The notes beneath the pieces were generated by a model. That model saw only the letters and a program-made list of their open reading frames with translations. It was not told the DNA's origin and made no database searches. Shown here one piece after another: positions 13,237-24,714 of a stretch of DNA of 64,000 bases. Source of the stretch: Octopus sinensis (lineage: Eukaryota). The translations under genes and the position numbers were made by a program. Where the stretch lies: NCBI RefSeq assembly GCF_006345805.1, contig NW_021833018.1, positions 192,404 through 256,403 on the forward strand. Direction: 5' to 3'. The first letter of the stretch is position 1. Every line of letters begins with the position of its first letter.

Positions 13237-14078
13237 TGTCACATGCCCTGTTCGTTACCATGCCCCGCTCGTTACCATTGCTCTAAATTTTTAAAATTTC
13301 AATTTAAAATATTTAAATGATTGAAATATATTTACTTATTAATTTAAAAATTAATAATATTATGGATTTTTATTTTTTCAATGCTTAACCATTATCATTA
13401 AAAAACAATAAATTAAGCATGCTGTTTTATCTCATGGTTATGGTTAGGTATAGGTTAGGGTTAGGGTATAGGTTAGGGTTAGGGTAGGTTAGGGTTGGGG
13501 GAAGGTTAGGGTTTGGGTGAAGGTTAGGTTTGGGTGAAGGTTAGGGAATTGGTTGGGTTTAGGGTTTGAAAAAATTTAAAGTAGAATTTTCGAATGGAGA
13601 TACAAAGATTGTTCACATGAAAAGAATCAAAAAAGGACAAATTTAATTTTTCGTTTTAAACTTCAGATCTATATATGATTTTAAACTAAAAAACTGGATA
13701 AAGTTTGAGTTTTTTATAAGAGATCTACAGATGATTTTAAACCTTTATCTAAAAACTGGTTAGAGTTAATTATAAAACTATCAAATTATGTGCCTTTAAA
13801 GCGTTTCACACAATTCACATTTTTAAAATATGTTTTAATGTGCTTATCAGTCAAAATGGTTTGTTGTATAAAAATATTATTTTAATTTATTTGTTTTAAA
13901 GCATCTTTTAGTATATCATTAAATTGTACTCTAATTAACCTAATATATAGGTTGAATTTTATGTCGTTGTGATTGATTATTAATTTTTCTAAAAAATTGA
14001 AAAATCATTAATCAATTATTTCTCAGAAATAATTCGGAGGTAACGAGTGGGGCATAGTAATCCCTGAGGCATGTGACA
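13237..14078. mobile_element. Non-autonomous TGT...ACA DNA element (Ginger/Tdd-like MITE) with internal telomere-like repeats
   Basis: Imperfect ~41-bp TIR (tgtcacatgccctgttcgttaccatgccccgctcgttacc / ggtaacgagtggggcatagtaatccctgaggcatgtgaca); perfect 5-bp TSD TAATA at 13232-13236 and 14079-14083; no ORF. Confidence 0.85.
13436..13568 (+). repeat. Degenerate interstitial (TTAGGG)n-like tract
   Basis: ggttagggttagggtataggttagggttaggggtaggttagggttggggg...; G-rich on the plus strand. Confidence 0.9.
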
Positions 14079-14084
14079 TAATAG

Positions 14085-14720
14085 ATGTATCAATAAAGAC
14101 TCTTTGTGTTTCGCTATTTAAGAAAATACAGATTTCTACACGAATTAAATATGCCAAATATCTTTTAAATAAAGAAAATGAATTCATAGACAATATTTTA
14201 TAATCAAACGAATCAAAAATACCACTTTTTTGACTGAACTACACGCCTTTAATTTGGTGTAAATTTAATCAGGCGTATAACCAAAAATGCAGCATACCTA
14301 TTATAAAGCAAGGGGAAGAAGTATCATGCTGTATGGCTGTTTTTCTTTAGCAGGCGTAGGTGAATTATTTGTAATAGATGAAATAATGAATTGCGAAATA
14401 TTGCGAAATTCTGGAAGAATGCCTTTCGTTCGGTCGCTAAATTAAATTTGACACAACAATGGAAATTCCAGTAGGACAACAAACCAACACATAAGTCAAA
14501 AATAACTGTTGAATAGTTACTAAGAAACAAAATAAATGTTTTGCAATCTAATCGAACACTTGGGAAATTTTAAACGTGAAAGTTGGTTTAAGAAAACCAA
14601 AAAAACATTAACAAATTAAAAAAAATTTGCCTTTAAGAATGGAAAAATATTACTCCATTTGAATGTTAGAAGCTTATTTAATAAAAGATTGGAAGCAGTT
14701 CTACTAGCAAAAGGGAATGC
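14085..14720 (+). mobile_element. Degenerate Tc1 transposase remnant
   Basis: Broken frames read IIKQG.RSIMLYGCFSLAGVGEL and EWKNIT...KRLEAVLLAKGNAIKY*. Confidence 0.7.
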
Positions 14721-14844
14721 AATTAAATATTAATTTGATTTCGTTTCGTTCCATGACTTTTTTTTCAATAAATTGATTTTTACATAAAAATCGCTAATTA
14801 TTGCAGTATAAACAACTCAAGTGAGTATAGCTTTTTTTCAACAA

Positions 14845-16060
14845 TTTTTATTTTATTTAACCGCCAAGACCACGATAAAAATCAGACAAAAGTCACGTGA
14901 TCCCGATGCACTCGACCAGGGACCTCATCTTCGCTAGGTGATCCTTCCACGAGCCCACACAAGATCGCACCGGACAGCAGGCTGTTTTTGACGGGGCATT
15001 TGCTGACGGACCGAGATTCAGCTTCGCACGAAGGCATGCCAGGCGGTGTTGGTCAAGTGTTACCGAGAGCTCAGACACACGCGCTCGGCATGCGATAGTG
15101 TCCCAGCCACGTTGAGAGGAGAAACCCAGGCCTCTCAGAAAAGGAGTGATCCCAGGTAGTAAGCCCATCCGACAAAGCACCGTCCAGGCAAGATCCGAAA
15201 GGTTTGTGTAGGATCTCAGAAGCCAGGTTGTGGCACATCGAAAGGGAGGATAGATATGCAAGAAGTGCCAAATCGGATGCAATATGGATTCCCGCACCTC
15301 TGAATCTCAGCGGGAGCAAACATTGGGCCCATCCCGGAGCATCGAGGTGGACGTTGAGGACGGATTCAGCAGCTTTTTTCAGAATGGCGTCGTATGCAAG
15401 GAGTAGATCTATATGCAAGAAACAGGGATTGCTTCTAAGGGTGAAGATAAGTTTCGGCATATGGATGCTGTTCCTCATGAGGAAAAAGGCAGTGTGTAAG
15501 TCCAGGATAGAAAGGTTGGTTAAAAGTCTTTGAAAGTGTTCGGTTTTGGCAGATAGCATGCATCGGAGCTTTGTGTCGGACAGGGATCCCCGAGTAAGGT
15601 GACGTCATCGATTGGGGTAACGTTGGCGCCAGGAAGGGTTGCTCTGAGGCGGGCCACAGCGGATTGGAAGTCCGCCTCCGAACAGGAGACATTGATGATC
15701 TCGGTCTTCTTTGCGTTGACCGAGAGGCCGAGGGTAGCCAGTGCTGTTACGATGTGTTCAACATCCCGAATAACGTGGTCAGCACGGCCACCCAATGTGG
15801 CATCATTAAGATACCAAAGATTGAATAGAGAGACAGCAAGTCGAGCTGCCTCATCGATTGTCATCGCGAAGAGGAGTGGCTCTAGCGGGTCACCCTGTTG
15901 CACGTCAGTTTCTGAACGGATGATCTCATTCCCATATACAAGACTGCTCTCAGAACCGTACGCAAGCGATACAAGATTATTTCTGGTGCTCTTCGAGAGC
16001 ATGTTTCCAAAATGGCATCGCGGCGCACGCTGTTGAAAGCGTTGGTGATATCCAGCTTAA
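14845..16060 (-). mobile_element. Chimeric retrocopy: CRE RT region fused to the 3' end of the GIT* LINE
   Basis: LDITNAFN, DVQQGDPLEPLLF, LWYLND and TLDQHRLACLRA (CRE) run in frame into KLNLGPSANAPSKTACCPVRSCVGSWKDHLAKMRSLVECIGIT* plus LINE UTR. Confidence 0.8.
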
Positions 16061-16204
16061 TTTTTATTATCTAAATATTTTTTATAAAGGTCATATTTTT
16101 TTCAAACGACTTCTATGTACATTTTTAACTAAATCGTCATTCATGTCCTTAATCTCGCACGTAACCTTAGCAACTTCGGATATTTGGAATATAGTTGAAT
16201 CGAT

Positions 16205-16524
16205 ACCAATTGGGGGGCCAAGGATGAGGAGGTTTTTTTATCGGTGATCCGCACGCCTTTTAAGATATCTTCCAGAACGACCATAGTTTCGACAAAAATT
16301 CCGTGTGAGCAGGGATAATTACGCGAACCCCTCTCATCTATTGGTCTTGAGATAAACTCTGCCAAATCCAAAGTTATAAATCTCAATATCCCACACGGAA
16401 TTTTTGTCGCAACTATGGCCGTTCTGGAAGATATCTTAAAAGGCGTGCGGATCACCGATAAAAAAGACCTCCTCATCCTTGGCTCCCCAATTGGTCGCGA
16501 GGCTTTTCCTCAAACTCTTATTAA
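16205..16524. repeat. Inverted pair of a CRE RT fragment (~105-bp arms, ~80-bp spacer)
   Basis: 16205-16310 is the near reverse complement of 16390-16495 (LEDILKGVRITDKKDLLILGSPIG). Confidence 0.8.
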
Positions 16525-18178
16525 TAGGGCAATTTTTTTTTAGCACTTAAAAAAAAAAATTTAGCGCTAAATCTAGCATTTATAATTAAAAAAATTAGCA
16601 CTTAAAATGATCAAATCTAGCATTTAAAATTGTAAAATCTATAACTTAAAATAATAAAAATTTATTTATTTAAAAACCAAGAGCACCGTCAGGCCAGAAA
16701 ACAAGATTAATTAGGTGATCCCGACATTCCCAATCAGACTACGCATCCTCTCTCTGTGTTCGATATGATCCCCAGGCGCCAAAATAATAAAAATAACATT
16801 TAAATTTTATCTCCGTTAATTTCAACTTAATATCGGGATTATTTACATGATGTTTAGCATTTGATACTAAAACTCCATCTGACTGAAATGCGTTAACAAT
16901 TTCACAAATTTTTTCAAAATTCGTGAAATAATATTTCGCTGCTTTAAACCAACTTCCTCATCTGCATAAATTAAGAAAAAGAATACCTAGTAATTACGAC
17001 ATCAGGTGGGTATCCAACATCCTTGAACAAATTACGACGTCTTCGGTTTTTTACTGTGGCAGCTTTAATGCTTGCAATTAAGCCATCTATTTCCGGATAT
17101 GCAGACTTTATACGTAAAACCGTATTGTGTAACAAATGAGAAACACAAGTCACATGATGCATGTTGTTATACATGACCATTAAAGTTTTACCGCCTATTT
17201 ATTTAGATACTTTTATATCACCAGAAATCATATAAGGAGCGGCATCTGAGATTAACAGATAAAAATTGTCACGAATAATCTTCATTTCTCTAATGACGTC
17301 ATCTATTATTTGGCAGATGACAGCAGCATTGGCATGATTTTCCAGTGGTTTGCATTCAACCAAATAGGATTTTGTTGGAAAGCGAATGCTTCCAATTAGA
17401 ATCACTACAAAACTTTTCCTTCGGATATCTGTTTCATCAATTATTATAAAAATCTTTTCGTTTTTAAAAGTTAAAAAATAAACTTTAATACGTTAATAAT
17501 TTTGTCAACTCATTTATCTTTTTTTGTGCAAGAAATTTAACCGTAGTTCTGCATGAAAATTCGGACGGAGTGTTAATGTTAAATGTTTTAAACATTTTTT
17601 TGATCGAATCATTTTTTAATTTGTATAGCGGGATGTTTGCTTGTACAAAAGTTTCCGTGATCGTTTCTTTAACCGAATCTACTTTGATTGATTCAGTTAA
17701 TCTCGTTTGAACTGAATCACATGAATGACCTACAATTGTATTACATTTATACGCATATTGTTCTGATGTTTTAAAGAAGAACAATGAGAATCGACAGAAA
17801 ATTTTTTTGCACAGTTGACTTTGGATAAACAAAGAGAACAAAATAGAAGGCCATGGTCAGCAATACAAAACTCATCTTTGAATTCTGAACTATACGCTTG
17901 GCTTTCTTAAGCAACGAACACTTGGGTTTTGGCATCACTCAAAATACTATATAGCGTGCTAAATTATTTTATTTAATATGGGTGGCATTAAAAAAATTTT
18001 AAATGCAATTTAAATTAGCATTTAAAAAAAATTAGCATTTAAAATTACAAATAGCATTTATAGCATTTATAATGTATGTTTTTTTTAACAAAATTAAAAA
18101 ATAATTATTCCAAATTCAATTTTATATTAAAAAAAATATAAAAAGTAAAAATAGCATTTTAGCACTTAAATTGCCCTA
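16525..18178 (-). mobile_element. hAT DNA transposon (CGGBP1-like/DUF659-type transposase, disrupted)
   Basis: TIR TAGGGCAATTT...AAATTGCCCTA; 8-bp TSD CTTATTAA on both sides; IIIDET, LLISDAAPYM, HVTCVSHLLHN. Interrupts a CRE fragment whose frame resumes at 18187. Confidence 0.9.
16660..16780 (-). mobile_element. Short divergent GIT* LINE 3' end nested in the hAT element
   Basis: Reads PGDHIEHRERMRSLIGNVGIT*, then a short UTR and (TAAA)n. Confidence 0.65.
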
Positions 18179-18205
18179 CTTATTAACAAGGCAGCTGTTC
18201 TGTCA

Positions 18206-20371
18206 TCTTAATAATAAAATGGTATGGTGTGTGTCTGTCTGTCTGTCTGTCTGTGTGTGCACACCAACTTCAAATTGGCAATACGATGTCCTCGACTTAC
18301 ATGATGAGGTCCTTAAAACCTTCCCCCCAAAAAAATAAAAAAAAAATTTCTGCATTTTGGTTAAAATGAACAACTACAATGTCCTCGACTTACATGATGA
18401 AGTCCTTAAAACCTTCCCCCCAAAAAAATTAAAAAAAAATTTTCTGCATTTGGTTAAAATGAACAACTACAATGTCCTCGACTTACATGATGAAGTCCTT
18501 AAACCTTCCCCCCCAAAAAAATTAAAAAAAAAATTTTCTGCATTTTGGTTTAAATGATAAAACAATACAATGTCCTCGACTTACATGATGAAGCCTTAAA
18601 ACCTTCCCCCCCAAAAAAAATTAAAAAAAAATTTTCTGCATTTTGGTTAAAATGAACACTACAATGTCCTCGACTTACATGATGAAGTCCTTAAAACCTT
18701 CCCCCCCAAAAAAAATTAAAAAAAAATTTTTGCATTTTGGTTAAAATGAACAACTACAATGTCCTCGACTACATGATGAAGTCCTTAAACCTTCCCCCCA
18801 AAAAAAATTAAAAAAAATTTTCTGCATTTTGGTTAAAATGAACAACTACAATGTCCTCGACTTACATGATGAAGTCCTTAAAACCTTCCCCCCCAAAAAA
18901 AATTAAAAAAAAATTCTGCATTTTGGTTAAAATGAACAACTACAATGTCCTCGACTTACATGATGAAGTCCTTAAAATCCCCCCCAAAAAAAATTAAAAA
19001 AAAAATTTCTGCATTTGGTTAAAATGACACAACTACAATGTCCCGACTTACATGATGAAGTCCTTAAAACCTTCCCCCCAAAAAAAATAAAAAAAAATTT
19101 TCTGCATTTTGGTTAAAATGAACAACTACAATGTCCTCGACTTACATGATGAAGTCCTTAAAACCTTCCCCCCCAAAAAAAATTAAAAAAAATTTTCTGC
19201 ATTTTGGTTAAAATGAACAACTACAATGTCCTCGACTTACATGATGAAGTCCTTAAAAACTCCCTCCCAAAAAAAATTAAAAAAAATTTTCTGCATTTTG
19301 GTTAAAATGAACAACTACAATGTCCTCGACTTACATGATGAAGTCCTTAAAACTTCCCCCCAAAAAATCAAAAAATTATTTTCTGCATTTTGATTAAAAT
19401 GAACAACGCGAATGTCCTCGACATTCATGATGAGGTCCATTAAAACTTCAAGGCAAAAATCTCACGTATTAAGAAATCCTTGATGAAAACGACAGCGAGA
19501 ATATAACAAATGATGAACTCCCAATTATTCGCGATAAAGAAATTCAATTCATCCTATGTTTTCTCTTTAAAATTAAATGCATATATCATTATCGACCATG
19601 AATCAAAATTAAAGCTATTTATATTTGACTTTGACAGAATGTGCAATCACAGATTGCACGACTTTGAATAGAGTGTGCAATTAACAGATTTTGAAAAAAC
19701 CACTTTGATAGTTGAAACCACATTAGCACAATCATTAACACAATTTACCACCAATTGACGCACGACCTTGAATAGAGTGTGCAATTAACAGATTTTGAAA
19801 AACACTTTGATAGTTGAAACCACATTAGCACAACCATTAACACAATTACCACCAATTGACAGCGCAATCAGAAGAATTTGCGTAAAAATATTAACTATTT
19901 ACTTGAGTTTTTCGTAAAGATAGAATTTATTTTCGGTATGCCTCTTTTCTAAACTTTTTTATTATTCAAAAATAATTTTTTAAATAGATAACCGAAGGAG
20001 GAAAAACGAAGCTGAAGAAAAAACGGTCAGCTTAATAAGGTAATTAATTAAATCTTTTTTGTGTGTCGCTTTCTTGCCTGCCGCATCTCCCCTGCCCCAT
20101 TTCCGCCAGTAAAAAAACAAAAAAATAAAAAAAAAAAAAAAAGGAAATTACAAGGAAAAATGAAAAAATTAAATATAAAAAAAATAGACCACAAAAAAAT
20201 GAAAAAAAAAGTTTGCAATGACAATAAACAAGGCCCAGGGACAGTCATTAAAGGTAGTTGGGTTATTTTTAGAGAGTGAGTGCTTTTCACATGGACAGCT
20301 GTATGTGGGATGCTCGAGGGTAGGCAGAAGAGAAAATTTATTCATATATGCCAAGGAAGGACGGACGACAA
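18206..20371 (+). mobile_element. Non-autonomous Helitron copy A (3' end missing)
   Basis: A|TC 5' end (TCTTAATAATAAAATGG), (CTGT)n microsatellite, satellite array, duplicated ~105-bp segment, helicase tail [12 protein letters not shown]...[13 protein letters not shown]. Same family as 44345-46965. Confidence 0.9.
18280..19430 (+). repeat. Tandem ~93-bp satellite, about 13 units, inside Helitron A
   Basis: Unit gttaaaatgaacaactacaatgtcctcgacttacatgatgaagtccttaaaaccttccccccaaaaaaattaaaaaaaattttctgcattttg; variation mostly in homopolymer lengths. Confidence 0.95.
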
Positions 20372-23287
20372 AGCGGTCTCCGCCCTATTCATTTGAGTGA
20401 CTTAATTTCCGCAACCGGTGATACCGGGAATCGCCTCTTGAATGCTTGCACTAACTTTTGCAATTTATTCCTAAGCGGCAAAATTTCTGACCATGCTAGA
20501 ATTCTGTTCTTTTCCGCGAATCTTACAGCCTTGGGCAAGAAAGATGGCGGTATCAGGCCTTTTGCTGTTGGAAAGTTTTCGTCGTTTATTTGCGAAAGTT
20601 TGTTGCAAGTCCGTTATTCCTTCTATTGGCGAGCAACTGCAGCCCATTCAGTTGGGTGTGGGTGTTCCTGGCGGCTGCGAGTCTTCTGTCCATGCCTGTC
20701 GTTGTTTTATCCAATATTCCCCTTGCCTTATTGCAACTGGATGTAACTAATGATTTCAATTTTCTGGACCGTGGATATTTGTTGGAGGTCTGTCAAGACC
20801 GTGTTCCACACTTGCTCCCCTTTATATCGCTTTCGTACTCGTTTCCATCACTTTTAATCGCCGGTGGTTCTTTCATTCTTCGTCCTGTGGCGTCCAACAG
20901 GGTAATCCTTTGGGCCCATTATGGTTCGCTCTTGCCGTGGATGTCATTGCCCGCGTTAATGAATCACCCCTTAATCTGTGGTATCTCGACGATTGCACCC
21001 TGGTGTTTTGTTAAAGGACTTAGCCAGTCTAATTCCGGCTTTATCCGACATTGGTCTGGTTATTAATTCCAGCAAGTTCGAGATTGTCAATCTCTCCGTT
21101 GAGCCATCCCTGTTTAAGAACTCCTCTCTTTTGCGGACTCTTTCCTGAGTTGAGACAGACACCCTTGTCTGATCTGGAAATTCTGGGGTCACCGATTCTC
21201 GCCGTCTCAGCTACACGAATCCTCCTTGCCAAAAAAAATCTTATAGCATCTCTTTGTGAAAAATTCTGTCATTGATCCTCATCCTTCATTCTACATCCTC
21301 AAGAACTATCTTTTGATCCCAAAAATCGTTTATATCTGAGGAGCTCACCTTGTTTTTATGCCACACAAGTGTTGGAATCTTATGATTCCTTAGTTCGGAG
21401 GTCTTCCGAGAAAATTCTCAATGTGCATTTCGACGATATTGGCTGGTGTCAGGCTAAACTTCCTGTGAGTCACGGGGGTCTGGGCCTCCGTTCCCGTATT
21501 GATTTGACCCTTCCTGCTTTTCTTTTTTCAGCGTCTGGATCATATCTAATTGTCCAAAAGATTCTGGAAAAAACTACTGAATCATTGTTGGACCTTGATA
21601 TTGATTCGGCCCTCGCTCTTTGGAAACGCAATTTCTCTGAAGTCCCTTCCGATGTCTTTTCTCAGCGAGATTGGGACAAAATTCTTTGCTGTCGATCTTC
21701 AGCTGACTTGGAACCACTCTTCGACCAACACAGACTGGCTTGTTTCCGTTCCGCCTGTCAGCCATACTCAGGCTCCTGGCTGAATGTACTCCCTTCTCAG
21801 CTTTTGGATACTGTTTTCGAAAGGGATTCACTCCGTTTGGGTATCTGTAATCGCCTTGGACTCCCTGTCTGCAGACCTCACCCCTGCCGTTGTGGGGCTA
21901 AAGTTGACGCCTTTGGGCTACATCCTCTGTCTTGTCGAATGAGCGCCGGCCGATTTCCTCGGCACACTGAAATTAACAATCTAATTCACAAAGCTCTGGA
22001 AAGAGCTGGTTTCCCTTCAATTCTGGAACCGACGGGCCTTGTTTTTGAAAACGCAAAACGTCCAGACGGCTGTAGACTTTTCGCTTTTGAATCCGAGAGG
22101 CATCTCGTTTGGGACGTCACCTGTGCCGACTCTTTCGCCAAGGGAGCCTTGAATAGCACAGCTTGTCGACCCTGTTCGTCGGCCGAATTCGCGAAACTAA
22201 CGAAATATGAGGATTTACGCGATCGATTTTGCTTTTGGGCAATTGCCGTTGAGACTTCCTGTGTTTTTGGGGCCAAGACGCTTGCTCATCTTAAGAAACT
22301 TGGCCCCCTGTGCACCTACCGCTCCAGAGATCCCAGGGAATTTATATCCTAATTCAGAGGATCTCGCTGGCTGTTTTACGCGAGAATTGTCTTTCAATCC
22401 TGCGAGCCAGTACATAATAGCTAGATTTTTTAAATAATTTCCAATTATAAAAAAAATTGACATTAAAAAAGTAAATATACATTTGAGCATACGTTTTTAT
22501 GTTGGTTTATATGAAAAGATTACTGACAACGACATATCTTAAAGTTATTGGAGTATATTTTAAATTTAATACTAAATTTTAGTTGTCAAATTCTAGAACT
22601 TTTAAATCCAATAAATATGAACATAATGTTTTCACTGACATTCTCGATAAAACCTGTCTGCCAATATTGTATACGAGGACGAGCGGGTATATATTTACCG
22701 CTCCTCAATAATCAGGCCTTGCTTTTCATGACATTTGCAAAACAGCACCTCTTCATATTTTAGTAATCCCCAAACAGAGAATCTCCTCATTGGCCGCCTG
22801 TCAGGCAGGGGTTGATGAAAATGTTGTTAAACAATCTATGAAAATTTCTAGATTTTGGACATTTGTTGATTGTTTGTACAAGGATTGCTAAAAATAATGA
22901 ATTGGGTAACGGCTACCGAATTGGTAAGGCTTTTCTTAATTTTTAGTAATCAATACTGGCCCTGATGGAGCTCAAACTGTTTATCATTTGCATGTGCATC
23001 TTATAGGAGGTCATAAACTATCTTCAAATTTTTCATAAACAATTCTATGTTTAGACAATATAGATTATTTCTAATATTTTAAATAAAATTTTAAAGAGTT
23101 TTTCTTTTGCACCCAACACTATTGCATAGAAAGGGATGGTAATAAATCAAATTTATTTGAACCAATCTTCTTTCTCTGCTCGTTGCTTTTTCTATTCGCA
23201 TAGCGATTCAGCTAGGCATGGACACCGTTTTTTTCGAAGTGCTGACAGCCACTGGGGAAGTTGTACTCATACTTATTTGATGATAAA
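20372..23287 (+). repeat. Near-identical direct duplicate of 4983-7913 (CRE copy 2, HINT copy 2 and flank)
   Basis: Both copies start at agcggtctccgcc and end at gatgataaa; in the parts compared by eye the differences are mainly 1-3 nt indels. Confidence 0.93.
22511..23038 (+). pseudogene. HINT: HINT copy 2 with 1-nt deletions (pseudogene or consensus error)
   Basis: Same exons and introns as 7132-7664, but tgtctgcc vs tgtcctgcc, caggcc vs cagtgcc, ttggac vs ttgggac. Confidence 0.7.
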
Positions 23288-23690
23288 CGGTCTATCGACT
23301 TTCCCGTTTGAGTTCGGCAAGTCTCTGTTATGGGATGCGACGTGTTCAGACACTTTCTCGGAGCTTAACCTTCCTTCTTCAGCTGTCGAGGCTGGCTCAG
23401 TCTCTCGCAAAACCGAGAAGATAAAGATTGGAAAGTACAAGGAGCTCTCCGAACGATATCTGTTCACTCCCATCGCCGTCGAGACTTCCGGCGTCATCGG
23501 CGAAAAGTCTCTTTCCTTTTTGAAAAAGCTTGGCCGCATGATTTCCCATAAACGGGGAGACCGACGCGAGTCCAAGTGGCTTCTCGAAAGGATTTCCTTG
23601 GCTATAGTACGTGGAAACTGTTTCCATTTACGAGGCCGGGAATTTAGTTAGTTAATAACTATTTGTCAATTATAAACTTCCATTTAGTAA
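23288..23690 (+). mobile_element. CRE-clade 3' fragment (RLE domain), different subfamily
   Basis: GLSTFPFEFGKSLLWDATCSDT...PIAVETSGV...WLLERISLAIVRGNC; A-rich tail. Confidence 0.88.
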
Positions 23691-24714
23691 AAAAAAAGTT
23701 GAATCGATTTGATCATAAAAAGGATATTCCCGATTATTCGGATTTGCATCAATATCATCTCTGAGTAATAAATGGTATTGATAAAAGTGTTAAAAGATTA
23801 ATCGAAAAGAGGGCCAGCAACCAGACAGATTGCCAAGTTGTTCCCCCGGATAACGGCAATAGAGAACCGCAGTAATTAATTATCTCCTACTTCTAAATCG
23901 TCATCAAATTTCCACTTCCGCTTCCATTTTTTCTCCGGCAAAAACATGGCTTTCTAAACAAATTGTTGATATAAACAATCGTGCTCCTTTCTAAGTAATT
24001 GGTTCTAATCCACCAATTGGTCCGAATCTATAACCACAACCAACTACAATTTATTTAGAAAAAATATTTATTTTTTTAAATAACGTTAAGGGTGCATTAT
24101 CCAACGCGTGGCATAGTATATTAAAAAAAATTAATTTTACAAATTACAAAGCACTAGCCATCAGATTACTAAAATTAAATCAAAAGAGAAAATTGTTGGC
24201 TATAAAATGAAAAGATAAGCCATAATTATGTTAGTCACTTGTACTTCACAACAACTCTATTATGTTGTGACCCGATAACGACTCTAAATCTCTTTATTAT
24301 TTGCCAACATCATCACATGGCTAGCGAAACACGACACAACGTGATTTTATTTAATTGTTTTTACGAAATTCTGTTAATAATATAATTTACTTAAAAATTA
24401 CCTTAATATATCTATATTAAATTTCCATCTCAATTTCTATATTTAAAATTCTGACCGCAGCCAAACGGCCTACTAAAACTTAAGTCCAGGCTTTCGGCTG
24501 ACACATCCGGATATTTTTCCAATAATTTCCTTCCTTTCCTTAAATCGCTGGCTCGCTAACTGATTTAGGAAAAAAATAGGATCGCCGAGAGATGGCAAGG
24601 GGCTTCGAGAGAATTCAGGAGATACTATCTTTAATGATTTCGATTTAGATATTAAAAAAATACAAAAACTATATAAGCCGAAATGTATTTCTAAAATTTT
24701 ACTGAAACGAATAA

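Noticed and set aside
13436-13568. True telomere or chromosome fusion site
   Set aside because: Short, degenerate, single orientation and enclosed by TIRs with a TSD; the same applies to 56791-56993.
16685-16780. U6-like snRNA (ACAGAGA box on the minus strand)
   Set aside because: No other U6 features; the segment translates as a GIT* LINE terminus.
18280-19430. Regular repeats resembling a CRISPR array, and periodic ORFs MVKMNNYNVLDLHDEVLK
   Set aside because: The units are contiguous with no unique spacers, lie inside a eukaryotic Helitron, and have no cas genes nearby. The ORFs arise because the unit is ~93 bp and break at homopolymers.
23136-23651. 171-aa ORF as a novel fusion protein
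   Set aside because: Chance read-through across the junction between the duplicated flank and a CRE fragment. ORFs 38656-39150/63676-63942 (MNGSFRG...) and 47423-48028 have similar junction-derived N-termini.
24225-24640. GC-richer segment with small hairpins, a possible ncRNA
   Set aside because: No recognisable snRNA, snoRNA, RNase P/MRP or tRNA motifs; it could be exons of an unresolved plus-strand gene. Insufficient support.
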